This document shows positions 18,815 to 28,906 of a stretch of DNA of 64,000 nt, piece after piece. Within the stretch, counting starts at the first letter, position 1, and every line of letters starts with the position of its first letter. Made by a program: the position numbers and the translations under genes. Under the pieces are notes generated by a model. That model searched no databases and had not been told where the DNA came from. It saw nothing but the letters and a program-made list of their open reading frames with translations. The DNA is from Bacillota bacterium. Lineage in GTDB: Bacteria; Bacillota; SHA-98; UBA4971. The stretch spans positions 5,829 through 69,828 of the forward strand of contig JAAYXB010000075.1 in NCBI GenBank assembly GCA_012516125.1, written 5' to 3'.

Positions 18815-21109
18815 TTATGAGTCGCGGGCTTTCGCCCGGATCGCGTCCCACCTTTCAAGGGTCATGAGGACCTTTCGCGGCTTGCTGCCCTCATACGGGC
18901 CCACAAGGCCTCGTGACTCCATGGCGTCGATAAGTCTCGCCGCACGCGTGTACCCTATCCTGAACCTCCGCTGGAGCTTCGAGATGGATGCTTCTTCCGT
19001 CTCCAGTATGAGCCTGACCGCATCCTCGAAGAGTGGGTCCTCCTCGCCAAGGCTCTCACCGTCGGTAGCTTCCCTCGTCACGCTTTCGGCGACATACGTC
19101 GGCTCCGCCTGCGCCTTCACGAAGCCCACGATCGCCTCGATCTCGGAGTCCGAGACGTATGCACCCTGCACTCTGATAGGCTTGGGCGCTCCGACGGGGA
19201 AGAACAGCATGTCTCCCTTGCCGAGAAGCCGCTCCGCGCCCCCCGTATCCAGGATGACCCTGGAATCCACCTGGGACGGCACGGCGAAGGCGATCCGGGA
19301 CGGTATATTCATCTTTATGATCCCCGTGACAACATCAGCCGAAGGCCTCTGGGTGGCCAGGACCAGGTGAATCCCGGCCGCCCGGGCCATGAAAGCAAGC
19401 TGCGAGACGACATCTTCCACGTCTTTCTGAGCCACCATCATGAGGTCGCCCAGCTCGTCTATGATGACGACTATGTAAGGAAGAGGCTTAGCGTCGAGAT
19501 CATGCAGCTTGCCAGCCCTGCAAAGAGCGTTGTACCTCTCTATGTTCCTCACGCCGTTTGCGCCGAGCAACCTGTAACGGTTGTCCATCTCCTGGGCGAC
19601 CCACCTCAAATATCCGCCGGCTTCTCTCGTATCAGTGACCACGGGCGCCAGGAGGTGGGGTATCCCGTCGTAGGTGGTGAGCTCCACGCGCTTCGGGTCT
19701 ATCATGAGGAGCTTGACTTCCTCGGGCGTGGCCTTGAAAAGGATGCTTGCGATAAGGGCGTTGAGGCACACACTTTTGCCTGAACCGGTGGCTCCCGCAA
19801 CGAGCAGGTGAAGCATGTTCTCCAGGTCACCGACCACGGGCTTACCCGCGATGTCCTTGCCCAGGGCTATGGCAAGCTTGCTCTTGTGCCTCTGAAACTC
19901 GCTCGATTGCAGCACTTCTCTCAGGTAGACGAAGGAGATCTCCGGGTTCGGGACCTCGATTCCGATGGCGGACTTGCCCGGTATCGGCGCCTCAAGCCGG
20001 ACGCCAGAAGAGGCCAGTGCCAGTGCGATGTCGTCGGTGAGGCTCATGATCTTGCTCACCTTGATGCCAGGAGCGGGCGTAAGCTCGTACCTGGTTACCA
20101 CCGGACCCCGATCGACCTGCGTGACCTTGCCCTTCACGCCGAAGCTGGCGAGGGTCTCCTCGAGCAACTTCGAGTGATCCGGCGTCTCCCCTTGCTTCCA
20201 CCTGGCCGGTCGCGCAGGGTACCCGAGGAGGGTTATCGGCGGTAACACGTAGCCTCCGTCGCAGGGGGGTTCTGGCTTCTTACCAGGGACCACCGCGGCG
20301 CCCCCGGCGGGGCCGCAAGTTGCGGAAGCCGCCTCTTCCTTCGCGCCGACGCGCGGCCTCTTTGGGCGGGCCGGCTTCGCCTCGCCCGGGGCCGGCGCTC
20401 CCTGTGCCTCGGCAGCGGACACGGATGGCAGGCGGCGCTCACCCTCCTCCATGCCGTGCAACTCCGGCTCCTCGAAGAGGGGCAGAAGGATCCGCCGGGC
20501 GACGAACGAAGTCGCACGCAAGAGCACGCGCACAAGCGCTATAAGGCCTCCTGCGCCGAGTTTCGACCCGCGCACCGCGATCCTGGCGAGACCTGCGACG
20601 AGCCTCGGCACGGGCACGTCCGCAGCCAGGCTGACGCCGGCAAGCAGTATGACGCTGCACGAGACCACAGCACCGATCTTCCCGACGGACCACGAAAGCC
20701 ATCTCGCGATCTGCGAGCCTACCATCCCTGCACCAGCGAGGCCCAGGAGCGCGGCGGCGATGCACAAGAGCCCGCTCGTGCGGGTCGCAATCGCAGCCCC
20801 CTCCCGCTCGACCGCGATGTTGACCCCGACTGCCACGAGGAGCAGCGGCATGACCACAGCCCAGTCACCTGCGATCGCCCGAAGTGCGAGGGCCACTTTC
20901 TCGCCCGCAGCCCCCGCGTCGTATCGGGCGCCCGGAAGGTCGGAAAAAAGGCATACCAGGCCAAACACACCCGCACCGACGAAGAACGTGCCCAGCACAG
21001 CCAGGAGGTGAACCCGATACCTCCGTGCAGGATGCTTCGAGGGGAGCCCCTTCCTGCCTTTGCTTTCTTTTACGCTTTCTTTGAATAGGCGTCTGGAAAC
21101 TCCAGGCAT
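18815..21109 (-). CDS. ftsK: DNA translocase FtsK/SpoIIIE
   Basis: N-terminal TM domain, Pro/Ala-rich linker, motor domain with GATGSGKSVCLN, C-terminal gamma winged helix. Confidence 0.9.
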   Translation of the reverse strand: MPGVSRRLFKESVKESKGRKGLPSKHPARRYRVHLLAVLGTFFVGAGVFGLVCLFSDLPGARYDAGAAGEKVALALRAIAGDWAVVMPLLLVAVGVNIAVEREGAAIATRTSGLLCIAAALLGLAGAGMVGSQIARWLSWSVGKIGAVVSCSVILLAGVSLAADVPVPRLVAGLARIAVRGSKLGAGGLIALVRVLLRATSFVARRILLPLFEEPELHGMEEGERRLPSVSAAEAQGAPAPGEAKPARPKRPRVGAKEEAASATCGPAGGAAVVPGKKPEPPCDGGYVLPPITLLGYPARPARWKQGETPDHSKLLEETLASFGVKGKVTQVDRGPVVTRYELTPAPGIKVSKIMSLTDDIALALASSGVRLEAPIPGKSAIGIEVPNPEISFVYLREVLQSSEFQRHKSKLAIALGKDIAGKPVVGDLENMLHLLVAGATGSGKSVCLNALIASILFKATPEEVKLLMIDPKRVELTTYDGIPHLLAPVVTDTREAGGYLRWVAQEMDNRYRLLGANGVRNIERYNALCRAGKLHDLDAKPLPYIVVIIDELGDLMMVAQKDVEDVVSQLAFMARAAGIHLVLATQRPSADVVTGIIKMNIPSRIAFAVPSQVDSRVILDTGGAERLLGKGDMLFFPVGAPKPIRVQGAYVSDSEIEAIVGFVKAQAEPTYVAESVTREATDGESLGEEDPLFEDAVRLILETEEASISKLQRRFRIGYTRAARLIDAMESRGLVGPYEGSKPRKVLMTLERWDAIRAKARDS

Positions 21110-21205
21110 AGCAGGACCTCCGTGCCGCCTTGGAGACTTCTACGCGGCCGCGCGAATTCCTCCACGGGGTTCGGCCGGCGCGCCCGGCGCCCTGCGGCAA
21201 CGATC

Positions 21206-22837
21206 CTACTCGTGGGGGGGAACAGCGTTTTGGACGACGGCATCGGCGAGGTTGACCGCGTGGTCCGCCATGCGCTCGAGGTTGTCCACAACCTCGACGT
21301 AGATAACCCCGGACGCCGGGGAGCACCTCCCCTGGTTGAGCCGCCTGAGGTGGCTCGTTCGAAGGACGTCCTCGAGTTCGTCGATGTACTTCTCCTTCTC
21401 CCACACGTCCTGTGCGAGCGCAGGGTCGTTTTTCTCGAGGGCCTGGACGGCGTCGGAGATGACCTCGTCCACCCGCCTGAAAAGGTCACCGAGCTCGGAT
21501 TTGGCCTCGTCGGAGAACTCGAGACCCTGCTCAACCTTGTCGATGGCAAACTCGGAGATGTTCACGGCATGGTCGCCGATGCGCTCGATGTCGTTCACCA
21601 CGTGCAGCATGCCGGCGAGCCTGGTTGACTGGGGCTGGGTGAGCACACCCTGGGCCATGAGGGTCGAGAGGTACAGGATTATCTCGGCCTGGAGGTTGTC
21701 CACTACCTCCTCGCGAGCGTTTATGCTCTTGGAGACCGCGCTCGGCTTGCCTGCAAGGAGCGCCTGCCCGGCATCTTTCACCATCTCGCGCGCGATGCCG
21801 GCCATCCTGACAAGCTCTTTCACCGCAAGCTGCAAGGCGACGGACGGGGTGGACAGCATGCGCTTGTCCAGGTACTTCGGGCCCTGCTCCATGACGATCT
21901 CCTGTCCGGGGTACACCGCCGTCGCGATGCGGGCGAGGAGACCGGCCATGGGCAACCATACGAGGGTATTGAGAACGTTGAACGACGTGTGGGCGTTCGC
22001 TATGAGACGCTCGATGTCGCCCGTCGGCGTGACCACATGGACGAATGTCTTGAAGAATGGAAGCAGCGTAAGAAACAGGATGGTCCCGAACACATTGAAG
22101 AGCACGTGAACGATGGCCGTCCTGCGCGCAGAGAGGCTTGCACCGATGCTTGCGAGCACAGCCGTGATGCATGTCCCGATGTTGTCGCCAAAGAGCACGG
22201 GTATCGCCGCGTCGAACCCGACAAGCCCCTGAGACGCAGCAGCCATAAGAAGGCCGATGGTCGCGCTCGAGCTCTGGATGATCATGGTCATGGCCAGCCC
22301 GGCAAGCACTCCAAGGAGCGGATATTTCCCGAAGTTCGCTATCCATTGCACGAAAGCGGGGTTGTCGCGCAGCGGCCGCATGGTGTCGGTCATGACCGTC
22401 ATACCCAGGAACAGCAGGCCGAACCCGAGGATGACCTGGCCCAGGTACTTGTGGATCTTCTTCCGCGAGAAAAAAGTGATGATGAAGCCCAGGCCAACTG
22501 CGGGAAGAGCCAGGTCCGCAAGGTCGAACGCGATGAGCTGCGCCGTCATGGTGGTGCCGATGTTTGCCCCCATGATCACTCCAACTGCCTGCTTCAGCGT
22601 CATGAGGCCCGCGTTCACGAAGCTGACGAGCATGACCGTGGTCGCGCTGGAACTCTGGATGACGGCTGTGACGATAGTCCCCACGATCACCCCCAGCCAC
22701 GTTCTCGCAGTGAGGGCCTCGAGTATTTTCCGCATCCTGTCGCCGGCCGCCTTCTGCAGGCCGTCGCCCATCTGTAACATCCCATAGATAAAGAGCCCAA
22801 GACCGCCAAGAAGTCCGGATATGAGGGAAATCGTCAC
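21206..22837 (-). CDS. Na/Pi cotransporter family protein with C-terminal PhoU-like domain
   Basis: QSSSATTVM motifs repeated twice; C-terminal PhoU-like helical repeats. Confidence 0.8.
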   Translation of the reverse strand: MTISLISGLLGGLGLFIYGMLQMGDGLQKAAGDRMRKILEALTARTWLGVIVGTIVTAVIQSSSATTVMLVSFVNAGLMTLKQAVGVIMGANIGTTMTAQLIAFDLADLALPAVGLGFIITFFSRKKIHKYLGQVILGFGLLFLGMTVMTDTMRPLRDNPAFVQWIANFGKYPLLGVLAGLAMTMIIQSSSATIGLLMAAASQGLVGFDAAIPVLFGDNIGTCITAVLASIGASLSARRTAIVHVLFNVFGTILFLTLLPFFKTFVHVVTPTGDIERLIANAHTSFNVLNTLVWLPMAGLLARIATAVYPGQEIVMEQGPKYLDKRMLSTPSVALQLAVKELVRMAGIAREMVKDAGQALLAGKPSAVSKSINAREEVVDNLQAEIILYLSTLMAQGVLTQPQSTRLAGMLHVVNDIERIGDHAVNISEFAIDKVEQGLEFSDEAKSELGDLFRRVDEVISDAVQALEKNDPALAQDVWEKEKYIDELEDVLRTSHLRRLNQGRCSPASGVIYVEVVDNLERMADHAVNLADAVVQNAVPPHE

Positions 22838-22970
22838 CGCTCCACCCCCAGATGGCTTTTCCCCGATCTCTACGCTGTGTCTCGTCCCTGCGCCGGCGAC
22901 CGCGCCCGGGCTGCTCCCTCTCTCAACCGTGTCCTGACCATGGTCGCCGGTCCCCCGAAGCAGACCTGCT

Positions 22971-23810
22971 TCAGGCCCTCAGGAGCGCCCAGGCTATAAC
23001 CGCTGCGCCGACGATCCACGTGTAGATCGCGAACACCATGAACCTGCGCCGTCTCAAGGCTGAGAACACGAGGTGGATCGCCACGTACCCCGAGACGATG
23101 CTGGCGACTGCACCCCCGAGAAAGGGCGCCGCGAAGCCCTTCGCAAGGCCTGTTCTCACAAGGTCCGGAAGCTCAAGCGCGCTTGCCCCGAGGATCACAG
23201 GTATGGATAGCAGAAAAGAGAACCTCGCCGCGTCGTCACGCCGGAGGCCGAACAGGAGACCCGTGCCGATCGTCGCGCCGGAGCGGGAAAACCCCGGGAC
23301 CACCGCCAGCCCCTGTGCCACGCCGATGCAGAACGCACCAAAAGGTCCCAGGCAGCCCAGGGGGATACGCCCTGTGCTCACCCTGTCGGCAAGCCACAAC
23401 ACAAGGCCGGTCGCGACGAGGAAGATCCCCACAGCGAGCCTCGACGTGAACAGCCGCTGCACGACCGGTTCGAGCGCAAGCCCCATGAGCGCAGTCGGGA
23501 CGCTCGCGACGATAATGAGGAAAACCGCCTTTCGCCAGTCGTCGCGTGAGATGGCCTTGCCGAGGCCTGTCCCCCTGGCAACATCCGCTGCAATGCCCAC
23601 CGCCGCCGAGACAAGACGCGCCACATCGTGCCTGAAAACCAGGACAACCGCAACGAGGGTTCCAAGGTGCACCAGGACGTCGAACGATAGCAGCGCTTCC
23701 TGGGTCTTGAGGATCTCTCGCGCGATGACGAGGTGGCCCGAGCTTGACACGGGCAGGAATTCGGTGAGCCCCTGCACCATCCCCAGGACCACGGCTTTTA
23801 CGACGTCCAT
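22971..23810 (-). CDS. uppP: Undecaprenyl-diphosphate phosphatase
   Basis: Internal ATG (MDVVKAVVLGMVQGLTEFLPVSSSGHL...); BacA/UppP signature. Confidence 0.85.
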   Translation of the reverse strand: MDVVKAVVLGMVQGLTEFLPVSSSGHLVIAREILKTQEALLSFDVLVHLGTLVAVVLVFRHDVARLVSAAVGIAADVARGTGLGKAISRDDWRKAVFLIIVASVPTALMGLALEPVVQRLFTSRLAVGIFLVATGLVLWLADRVSTGRIPLGCLGPFGAFCIGVAQGLAVVPGFSRSGATIGTGLLFGLRRDDAARFSFLLSIPVILGASALELPDLVRTGLAKGFAAPFLGGAVASIVSGYVAIHLVFSALRRRRFMVFAIYTWIVGAAVIAWALLRA

Positions 23811-24742
23811 GTGCGCCCCCCTCTCACGATGTCCACGAACCTGCGGGACCACGGCAGCACAACAACGATGGACAGCAGGTTGAAGAGCGTGTGAGCGTTG
23901 GCTATGCCGTGCCCCGGGTCTTGCGGTGAAATAGCCTCCACGAGCCGAACGAACGCATTGAACACCGGGAGAACACAGGCCACCCCTGCAACGTTGAAGG
24001 CAAGGTGCAAAACGGCCGCTTTCCTCGCAGCGCGCGACGCCCCGACACTCGCGATGAGCGTTGTCACACACGTGCCGATGTTGCTGCCGAGAGCGACGGC
24101 CACCGCAGACCCGAGGTCCATGATCCCCTGTCGCGCAAGGCTGATGAGCACGACCGTGGCCACGCTGGAACTCTGGATGACTCCGGTGAAGGCCGCGCCC
24201 GCCATAACCCCCAGCGTCGGCACCTGCCCCAGCACCACCAGGGACTCAACCAGCCACGGCGCGCCTGCAAGCCAGGCCATGGCAGAGGAGGTCACGCCCA
24301 CGCCCCACAGGATGCATCCGAGGCCGGCCATCGCCACCCCTATGTCGCGATGAAGGCGCCGCCTCGCCGCCAGGTACAGCGCGAGCCCGGCACAGACGAC
24401 CGGGGCGCCCAGCGACTCCGCTCGAAATGAGACTATCTGCGCCGTCACGCAGGTCCCGAGGTTTGCCCCCATTATCACGCCGAAAGCCTGATAGAGGTCG
24501 AGAACCCCGGCGTCGACGAGCCCAACCACCATTACCGTGACCGCGCCCGAGCTCTGCAGGACCGCGGTCACCACCGTGCCCGTCACGGTCGCAGCCAGGG
24601 GTGTGCGGGTGAGCCCTCTCAGAGCATTCTCCGCGCGCCTGCCTGCAGCGCTGCGGAGCCCCGCGCGCAGCAACCGAATGCCCGTAAGAAAAAGGCCTAT
24701 CCCCGCAAGCAGCCGACAGAGCGAGGCGACCACGGCGCACAT
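23798..24742 (-). CDS. Na/Pi cotransporter family protein (short form, no PhoU domain)
   Basis: Two QSSGA/QSSSVAT repeats, polytopic membrane protein; overlaps the uppP start by 13 nt. Confidence 0.7.
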   Translation of the reverse strand: MCAVVASLCRLLAGIGLFLTGIRLLRAGLRSAAGRRAENALRGLTRTPLAATVTGTVVTAVLQSSGAVTVMVVGLVDAGVLDLYQAFGVIMGANLGTCVTAQIVSFRAESLGAPVVCAGLALYLAARRRLHRDIGVAMAGLGCILWGVGVTSSAMAWLAGAPWLVESLVVLGQVPTLGVMAGAAFTGVIQSSSVATVVLISLARQGIMDLGSAVAVALGSNIGTCVTTLIASVGASRAARKAAVLHLAFNVAGVACVLPVFNAFVRLVEAISPQDPGHGIANAHTLFNLLSIVVVLPWSRRFVDIVRGGRTWTS

Positions 24743-24954
24743 CTCCTCCACGCGCGAAGATCCGCCGCCACAGCGCATCGGTCTCAATATATGCCCTGTC
24801 AGCCCCAGTTATTATAGCACAGGGCGAATGCGGACGAAAAGCCCCGGCAAGACTCAGGGAGTTGCACTGAGTGCGCCGCCCCGGAGGCGAGTTGCCTGGA
24901 GCCGAATTGCGTGATGCTACGGAAGAGCAGCGGAGATCCCTGACTTGCTGGTTA

Positions 24955-25026
24955 CACGTAGTGCTTGAGGGGGCAAGAATGCTCCCGACTTCTGAGAGGG
25001 GTTGCCGGTGACTCAAAGAGGTTTAG
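24955..25026 (+). repeat. Hairpin repeat copy D (5' half only) between ylzJ and the Na/Pi transporter gene
   Basis: ACGTAGTGCTTGAGGGGGCAAGAATGCTCCCGACTTCTGAGAGGGGTTGCCGGTGACTCAAAGAG; the 3' arm is missing or diverged. Confidence 0.55.
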
Positions 25027-25038
25027 GCGCGGCCGCGA

Positions 25039-25266
25039 TCAACGAGCAACAAGAGACGGGGTGAGCCGAACGCGGCTGCCGGGCTGCAGGGAAGGATCGA
25101 GAAAGTGCTGAGGGTCAGTGCTGATGATCCGTACGATCACGGCCTCGTTCGCGGACACCTGCTCGACGACCACGTTGATACCATTGATTTCCACATTAGT
25201 GAATGTCCTTTCTCTATCGATGCCCTCCAGGACCAGCTCGAGCGGAAGAACGGTGTACAGGATCAT
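25039..25266 (-). CDS. ylzJ: YlzJ-like small protein
   Basis: 75 aa beginning MILYT..., overlapping the tepA stop by 4 nt. This position directly downstream of tepA is where ylzJ sits in Bacillus. Confidence 0.5.
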   Translation of the reverse strand: MILYTVLPLELVLEGIDRERTFTNVEINGINVVVEQVSANEAVIVRIISTDPQHFLDPSLQPGSRVRLTPSLVAR

Positions 25267-26105
25267 TGCAGCCGCCCAGCCTCCCTGTCGGCGACCTCGG
25301 CGCGGCCGGCTCGCCTCTCCTCAATCATCCTGTTGAGCGCGGCAAGCGCGTCCGAGAGGCCCCCGACCGCGTCCATGAGGCCGAGGTTGACGGCATCGCT
25401 CCCCACGAGGACTGTGCCGACGTCTCGCACAAGCTCTCCTGTGCGGAACATGAGCTCCCGGAACTTCTCCGGGCTGATTCTGGTGTGCTCGGCCACGAAT
25501 TTGATGACCCGGTCCTGCATTTTCTCCAGGTACTCGTAGGTTTGGGGAACGCCTATGACAAGCCCGGAGAGCCGCAGCGGGTGCACCGTCACTGTGGCCG
25601 TCGAGGCGATGAGGCGGTACTTGCAGCTCACGGCGACCGGCAGGGCAATCGAGTGACCCCCGCCGAGCACGAGGGACACCGAGGGCTTCGACATGCTCTC
25701 GATCATCTCAGCGATGGCAAGCCCTGCCTCCACGTCGCCGCCCACGGTGTTCAGAACGACGAGGAGGCCCTCGATAGCGGGATTCTGCTCGACGGCCACA
25801 AGCTGCGGGATAACGTGCTCGTACTTGGTACTCTTGTTCTGGGGAGGCAGAACGATGTGCCCCTCGATCTGGCCGATTATCGTCATCACGTGTATGTTGC
25901 TCTGCGGCGCCGGAGGAGTGCGCATCTCACCGAGTTGTTTCAGCGATGCTGGAGCCGACTCAGGAGTGTCCGGCACCTCGCCCGGCGTCCCGGGGGACGG
26001 CGTCTTCTCTGGAACCGGGCTGATCTCGCCGCCGAGCTTTGCCGGCGCAGGGCTGGAAATTGAAAGCGTGCAGCCGGTGCCGCACCGGTCGCTCATCTCA
26101 TTCAA
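25263..26105 (-). CDS. tepA: TepA/YmfB-like ClpP-fold (SDH-family) serine protease
   Basis: ClpP-like core ([18 protein letters not shown]...), a Pro-rich N-terminal extension, AGGAGG RBS. Confidence 0.65.
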   Translation of the reverse strand: MNEMSDRCGTGCTLSISSPAPAKLGGEISPVPEKTPSPGTPGEVPDTPESAPASLKQLGEMRTPPAPQSNIHVMTIIGQIEGHIVLPPQNKSTKYEHVIPQLVAVEQNPAIEGLLVVLNTVGGDVEAGLAIAEMIESMSKPSVSLVLGGGHSIALPVAVSCKYRLIASTATVTVHPLRLSGLVIGVPQTYEYLEKMQDRVIKFVAEHTRISPEKFRELMFRTGELVRDVGTVLVGSDAVNLGLMDAVGGLSDALAALNRMIEERRAGRAEVADREAGRLQ

Positions 26106-26391
26106 CCTCCTGGTGGTAGTCGCCTGGAGCAGGATCGGCTCGAGCTGCGCCGGTAAGTATTATGCGGCTACCACCCGCAAATCATGCGCCCGAGGGCGGC
26201 CACATCCGGTTCGAGAAGGCGAAGGCTAGAAGCCGCAAGCGGCGTGGAAGCCAGGGGGCTCTGGCGCCGCCGCGAGAGTCGCAAGACACGGAAGGCCGCG
26301 CTCAAGCCCGCAGGGACCTTCTCGCGGCCTTACATGCCGACCGAGCGGTTGACCCGCCGCCGCGGTGCGACCAGCGGTACGAGCCGGATGC

Positions 26392-28092
26392 CTAGATCTC
26401 GAGCGCGCTCCAGAGCCTGTCCGCAATGGTCCCGAGGAGCTTCATCAGGGCCGCAAGGAGAATCGCAAGAACTCCCGCGATCCCTGCGACGATTCCCCAC
26501 GCAGGAAACCCGAGCTTGATGAAGAATCTTACGGCTAGGCCTAAGAGAGCTACGACGGCCACACCTACCAGCATCCCTGCCACCACGTTGAGGTTGGACT
26601 TCACAGCCTTCTGCTGGTCCGTCCAGTTCAGCATGGGGCGCCACATGTCGAACAGCACTCCGCACACGCACAGGACAAACGACGACATGATCCCGAGGAC
26701 GATCCCCGCCACCACACTCAGGACGGGTAACCTGACCAGGTACTCGAGCACGGCAACCCCGGGAATCGCTCCCAGGGCAATCATGGTCTCCGCCCCCACC
26801 GCCTTACCGAGAGCGACGGTCTTCCCGGTTGCCGGGAAGCTCCTCGGGATCCAGATGTTTCTCCTGCCCTCGCGGGAGAAGGCCGTGAAGGGAATGGACG
26901 ACATCGCCGTCAGGACAAAGAAGTACCCAGCAATGACGAGAGTTCCGACTGCCGCAAGACCGGGCATCGCGAGCAAGGCATCCCACAGGCGTGCGATTTC
27001 CGGAGTGCTCTTCACGAAGAACATCGCCACAAACATCACCGGGAATATCACAAACCCCGTGAACCCGTTCAGCACGAACACAGGGGTCCGCGTGAAGAGC
27101 TTCATCTCCGCAACGGCCAGCGAAGCCACGGGCGAGCGCGACACGTACCTTGCCGCCTGCGCCTTTCCCGCGCGGCGCGCGCCTCTCGTCGCTCCCGCCT
27201 CGAATCCGCTGAGCACGCCCTGGTAAAAGACCCTATCGCCGATGGCGAGGAGAGCCACGAACCCGAGCGCGCCCGCCGCGAGGAAGATCCCCAGATTCAA
27301 GAGGCCTTGCCAGGTGCCGGACAGCGCGAGCGCTTTCGTCGCCCAGATGCTCGGCGGGAACTGCGCTCCAACGATGTCCACGAAGCTGTTGGCGGTCGCA
27401 AGCATCTTCGCCAGGAACTCAGCCTCTTCAGCAACGCCGGGAGCTTTCGTCTGCACGAGGAACTGAAACACCACGACCACGGCTATGAAAAGGAAGCCTC
27501 CTATCATGGCCAGGGTGTCCTTCCGTCTCGACAGCCCCACGACCCTCATGAGAAGAATCGCGGGAATAGCGGCGAGCACCAGCGGCACCACTGGCAGCGC
27601 CAGGAAGACCAGGACGCTCGAGACAACATACGGGACAACGCTTACGCCGGCGCGGACTCCGTAGGCCACGAGCACGGGGACGACGAACACCGCGAGGCCC
27701 ACGTACTCGTTGGCGAGGATCACGGCGAACTTGCTCACGAGCACCTCGGCCGGCCGGAGCGGAAACGGGATCAGGATGCCGAGGTCGTTCGAGAAGTAGA
27801 ACACCGCTATGACCAGCACGAACCCGAGAATGAGCACGAGGACTTGTGAGAGGAGAATGCCAAGGGTCAGCGTCACAGCCCCCTGCCCTACGGCGGCAGC
27901 CGCAGAGTAATGGTACGACGCCGCCGTGTAAATGCCGATGGCAAGCATGGCTGCGGCACCGCCGATGCCCAGCACTATTAGGACAGGCTCCCACAGGCGC
28001 TGGCGCTTCTTGAGGTAGTAGTGGCGCGAGTGCGATATGGCAAAGTTCATATTGAGCTGGGCGAGGATGAGCGAAAGCGCTCGCCTTGCCAT
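26392..28092 (-). CDS. ABC transporter permease (large polytopic ABC-2-like membrane protein)
   Basis: About 12 hydrophobic helices; immediately downstream of the ABC ATPase gene. Internal ATG (MARRALSLILAQLNMNF...) chosen as start. Confidence 0.6.
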   Translation of the reverse strand: MARRALSLILAQLNMNFAISHSRHYYLKKRQRLWEPVLIVLGIGGAAAMLAIGIYTAASYHYSAAAAVGQGAVTLTLGILLSQVLVLILGFVLVIAVFYFSNDLGILIPFPLRPAEVLVSKFAVILANEYVGLAVFVVPVLVAYGVRAGVSVVPYVVSSVLVFLALPVVPLVLAAIPAILLMRVVGLSRRKDTLAMIGGFLFIAVVVVFQFLVQTKAPGVAEEAEFLAKMLATANSFVDIVGAQFPPSIWATKALALSGTWQGLLNLGIFLAAGALGFVALLAIGDRVFYQGVLSGFEAGATRGARRAGKAQAARYVSRSPVASLAVAEMKLFTRTPVFVLNGFTGFVIFPVMFVAMFFVKSTPEIARLWDALLAMPGLAAVGTLVIAGYFFVLTAMSSIPFTAFSREGRRNIWIPRSFPATGKTVALGKAVGAETMIALGAIPGVAVLEYLVRLPVLSVVAGIVLGIMSSFVLCVCGVLFDMWRPMLNWTDQQKAVKSNLNVVAGMLVGVAVVALLGLAVRFFIKLGFPAWGIVAGIAGVLAILLAALMKLLGTIADRLWSALEI

Positions 28093-28093
28093 G

Positions 28094-28849
28094 TCAGGTC
28101 GCCTCCCCCGCCTCAGTAAGCTCGAGGAATATGTCCTCGAGCGTTTCGTCTGCTTGCTTGCGGCGCTCGCGAAGCTCCTCGACGGTGCCGCACGCAATGA
28201 GACGCCCCCTGTTGATGATGCCCACCCGGTCGCAGAGCCTCTCCGCCACTTCAAGGATGTGCGTGGAGAAAAACACTGTGTGTCCTTTGTCGCAGTGGCT
28301 CCTCATCATGTCCTTGAAAAGGCGCGACGCCCTGGGGTCCAGGCCCACCATAGGCTCGTCCAGGATGAACACGCGGGGATTGTGGAGAAGCGCTCCGGTG
28401 AGGGCCAGCTTCTGCTTCATCCCGTGCGAGTAGCTTTGGATGATGTCGCCCACGGCCGACTCGAGCTCGAACATCTCCAGGAGCTCGGCGAGGCGTCGCC
28501 TCCTCTCGTCCCGCGAGACGCCGAAGATGTCGGCCACGAGGTTGAGGTACTCGATCCCCGTAAGCCTGTCGTAGAGGTCGGGGTTATCCGGGACATACCC
28601 GATGTCGGCCTTGGCGGCCACGGGGTCACGCGCCACGTCATGGCCGTTCACCAGGATGGTGCCTCTGTCGGCCTTGAGAAGCCCCACCACCATCTTGATG
28701 GTGGTAGTCTTTCCCGCCCCGTTCGGGCCGAGAAAGCCGAATATCTCCCCGGCCCGAACTTCTAGGGAGAGATTGTCCACCGCAGGCCTCGCTCCGCCGC
28801 GGTAAGTCTTGGACACTCCCTCCAACCTCAGCAAAGCCACCTCGCTCAT
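28094..28849 (-). CDS. ABC transporter ATP-binding protein
   Basis: Walker A GPNGAGKTT, Q-loop, signature, Walker B ILDEP. Confidence 0.9.
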   Translation of the reverse strand: MSEVALLRLEGVSKTYRGGARPAVDNLSLEVRAGEIFGFLGPNGAGKTTTIKMVVGLLKADRGTILVNGHDVARDPVAAKADIGYVPDNPDLYDRLTGIEYLNLVADIFGVSRDERRRRLAELLEMFELESAVGDIIQSYSHGMKQKLALTGALLHNPRVFILDEPMVGLDPRASRLFKDMMRSHCDKGHTVFFSTHILEVAERLCDRVGIINRGRLIACGTVEELRERRKQADETLEDIFLELTEAGEAT

Positions 28850-28906
28850 GCCGCGCTGACACCTCTTTACTTCACACACCGATCGGCCGTTGCCAGCGGG
28901 CCGCGC

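Noticed and set aside
20233-21088. Several 70-210-aa ORFs on both strands inside the ftsK N-terminal and linker region
   Set aside because: All lie within the well-supported ftsK frame; low-complexity Arg/Pro/Ala translations typical of GC-rich antisense frames.
24246-25016. 256-aa minus-strand ORF
   Set aside because: Overlaps the Na/Pi cotransporter gene and repeat copy D; Arg/Gly-rich with no motifs; GC-frame artefact.
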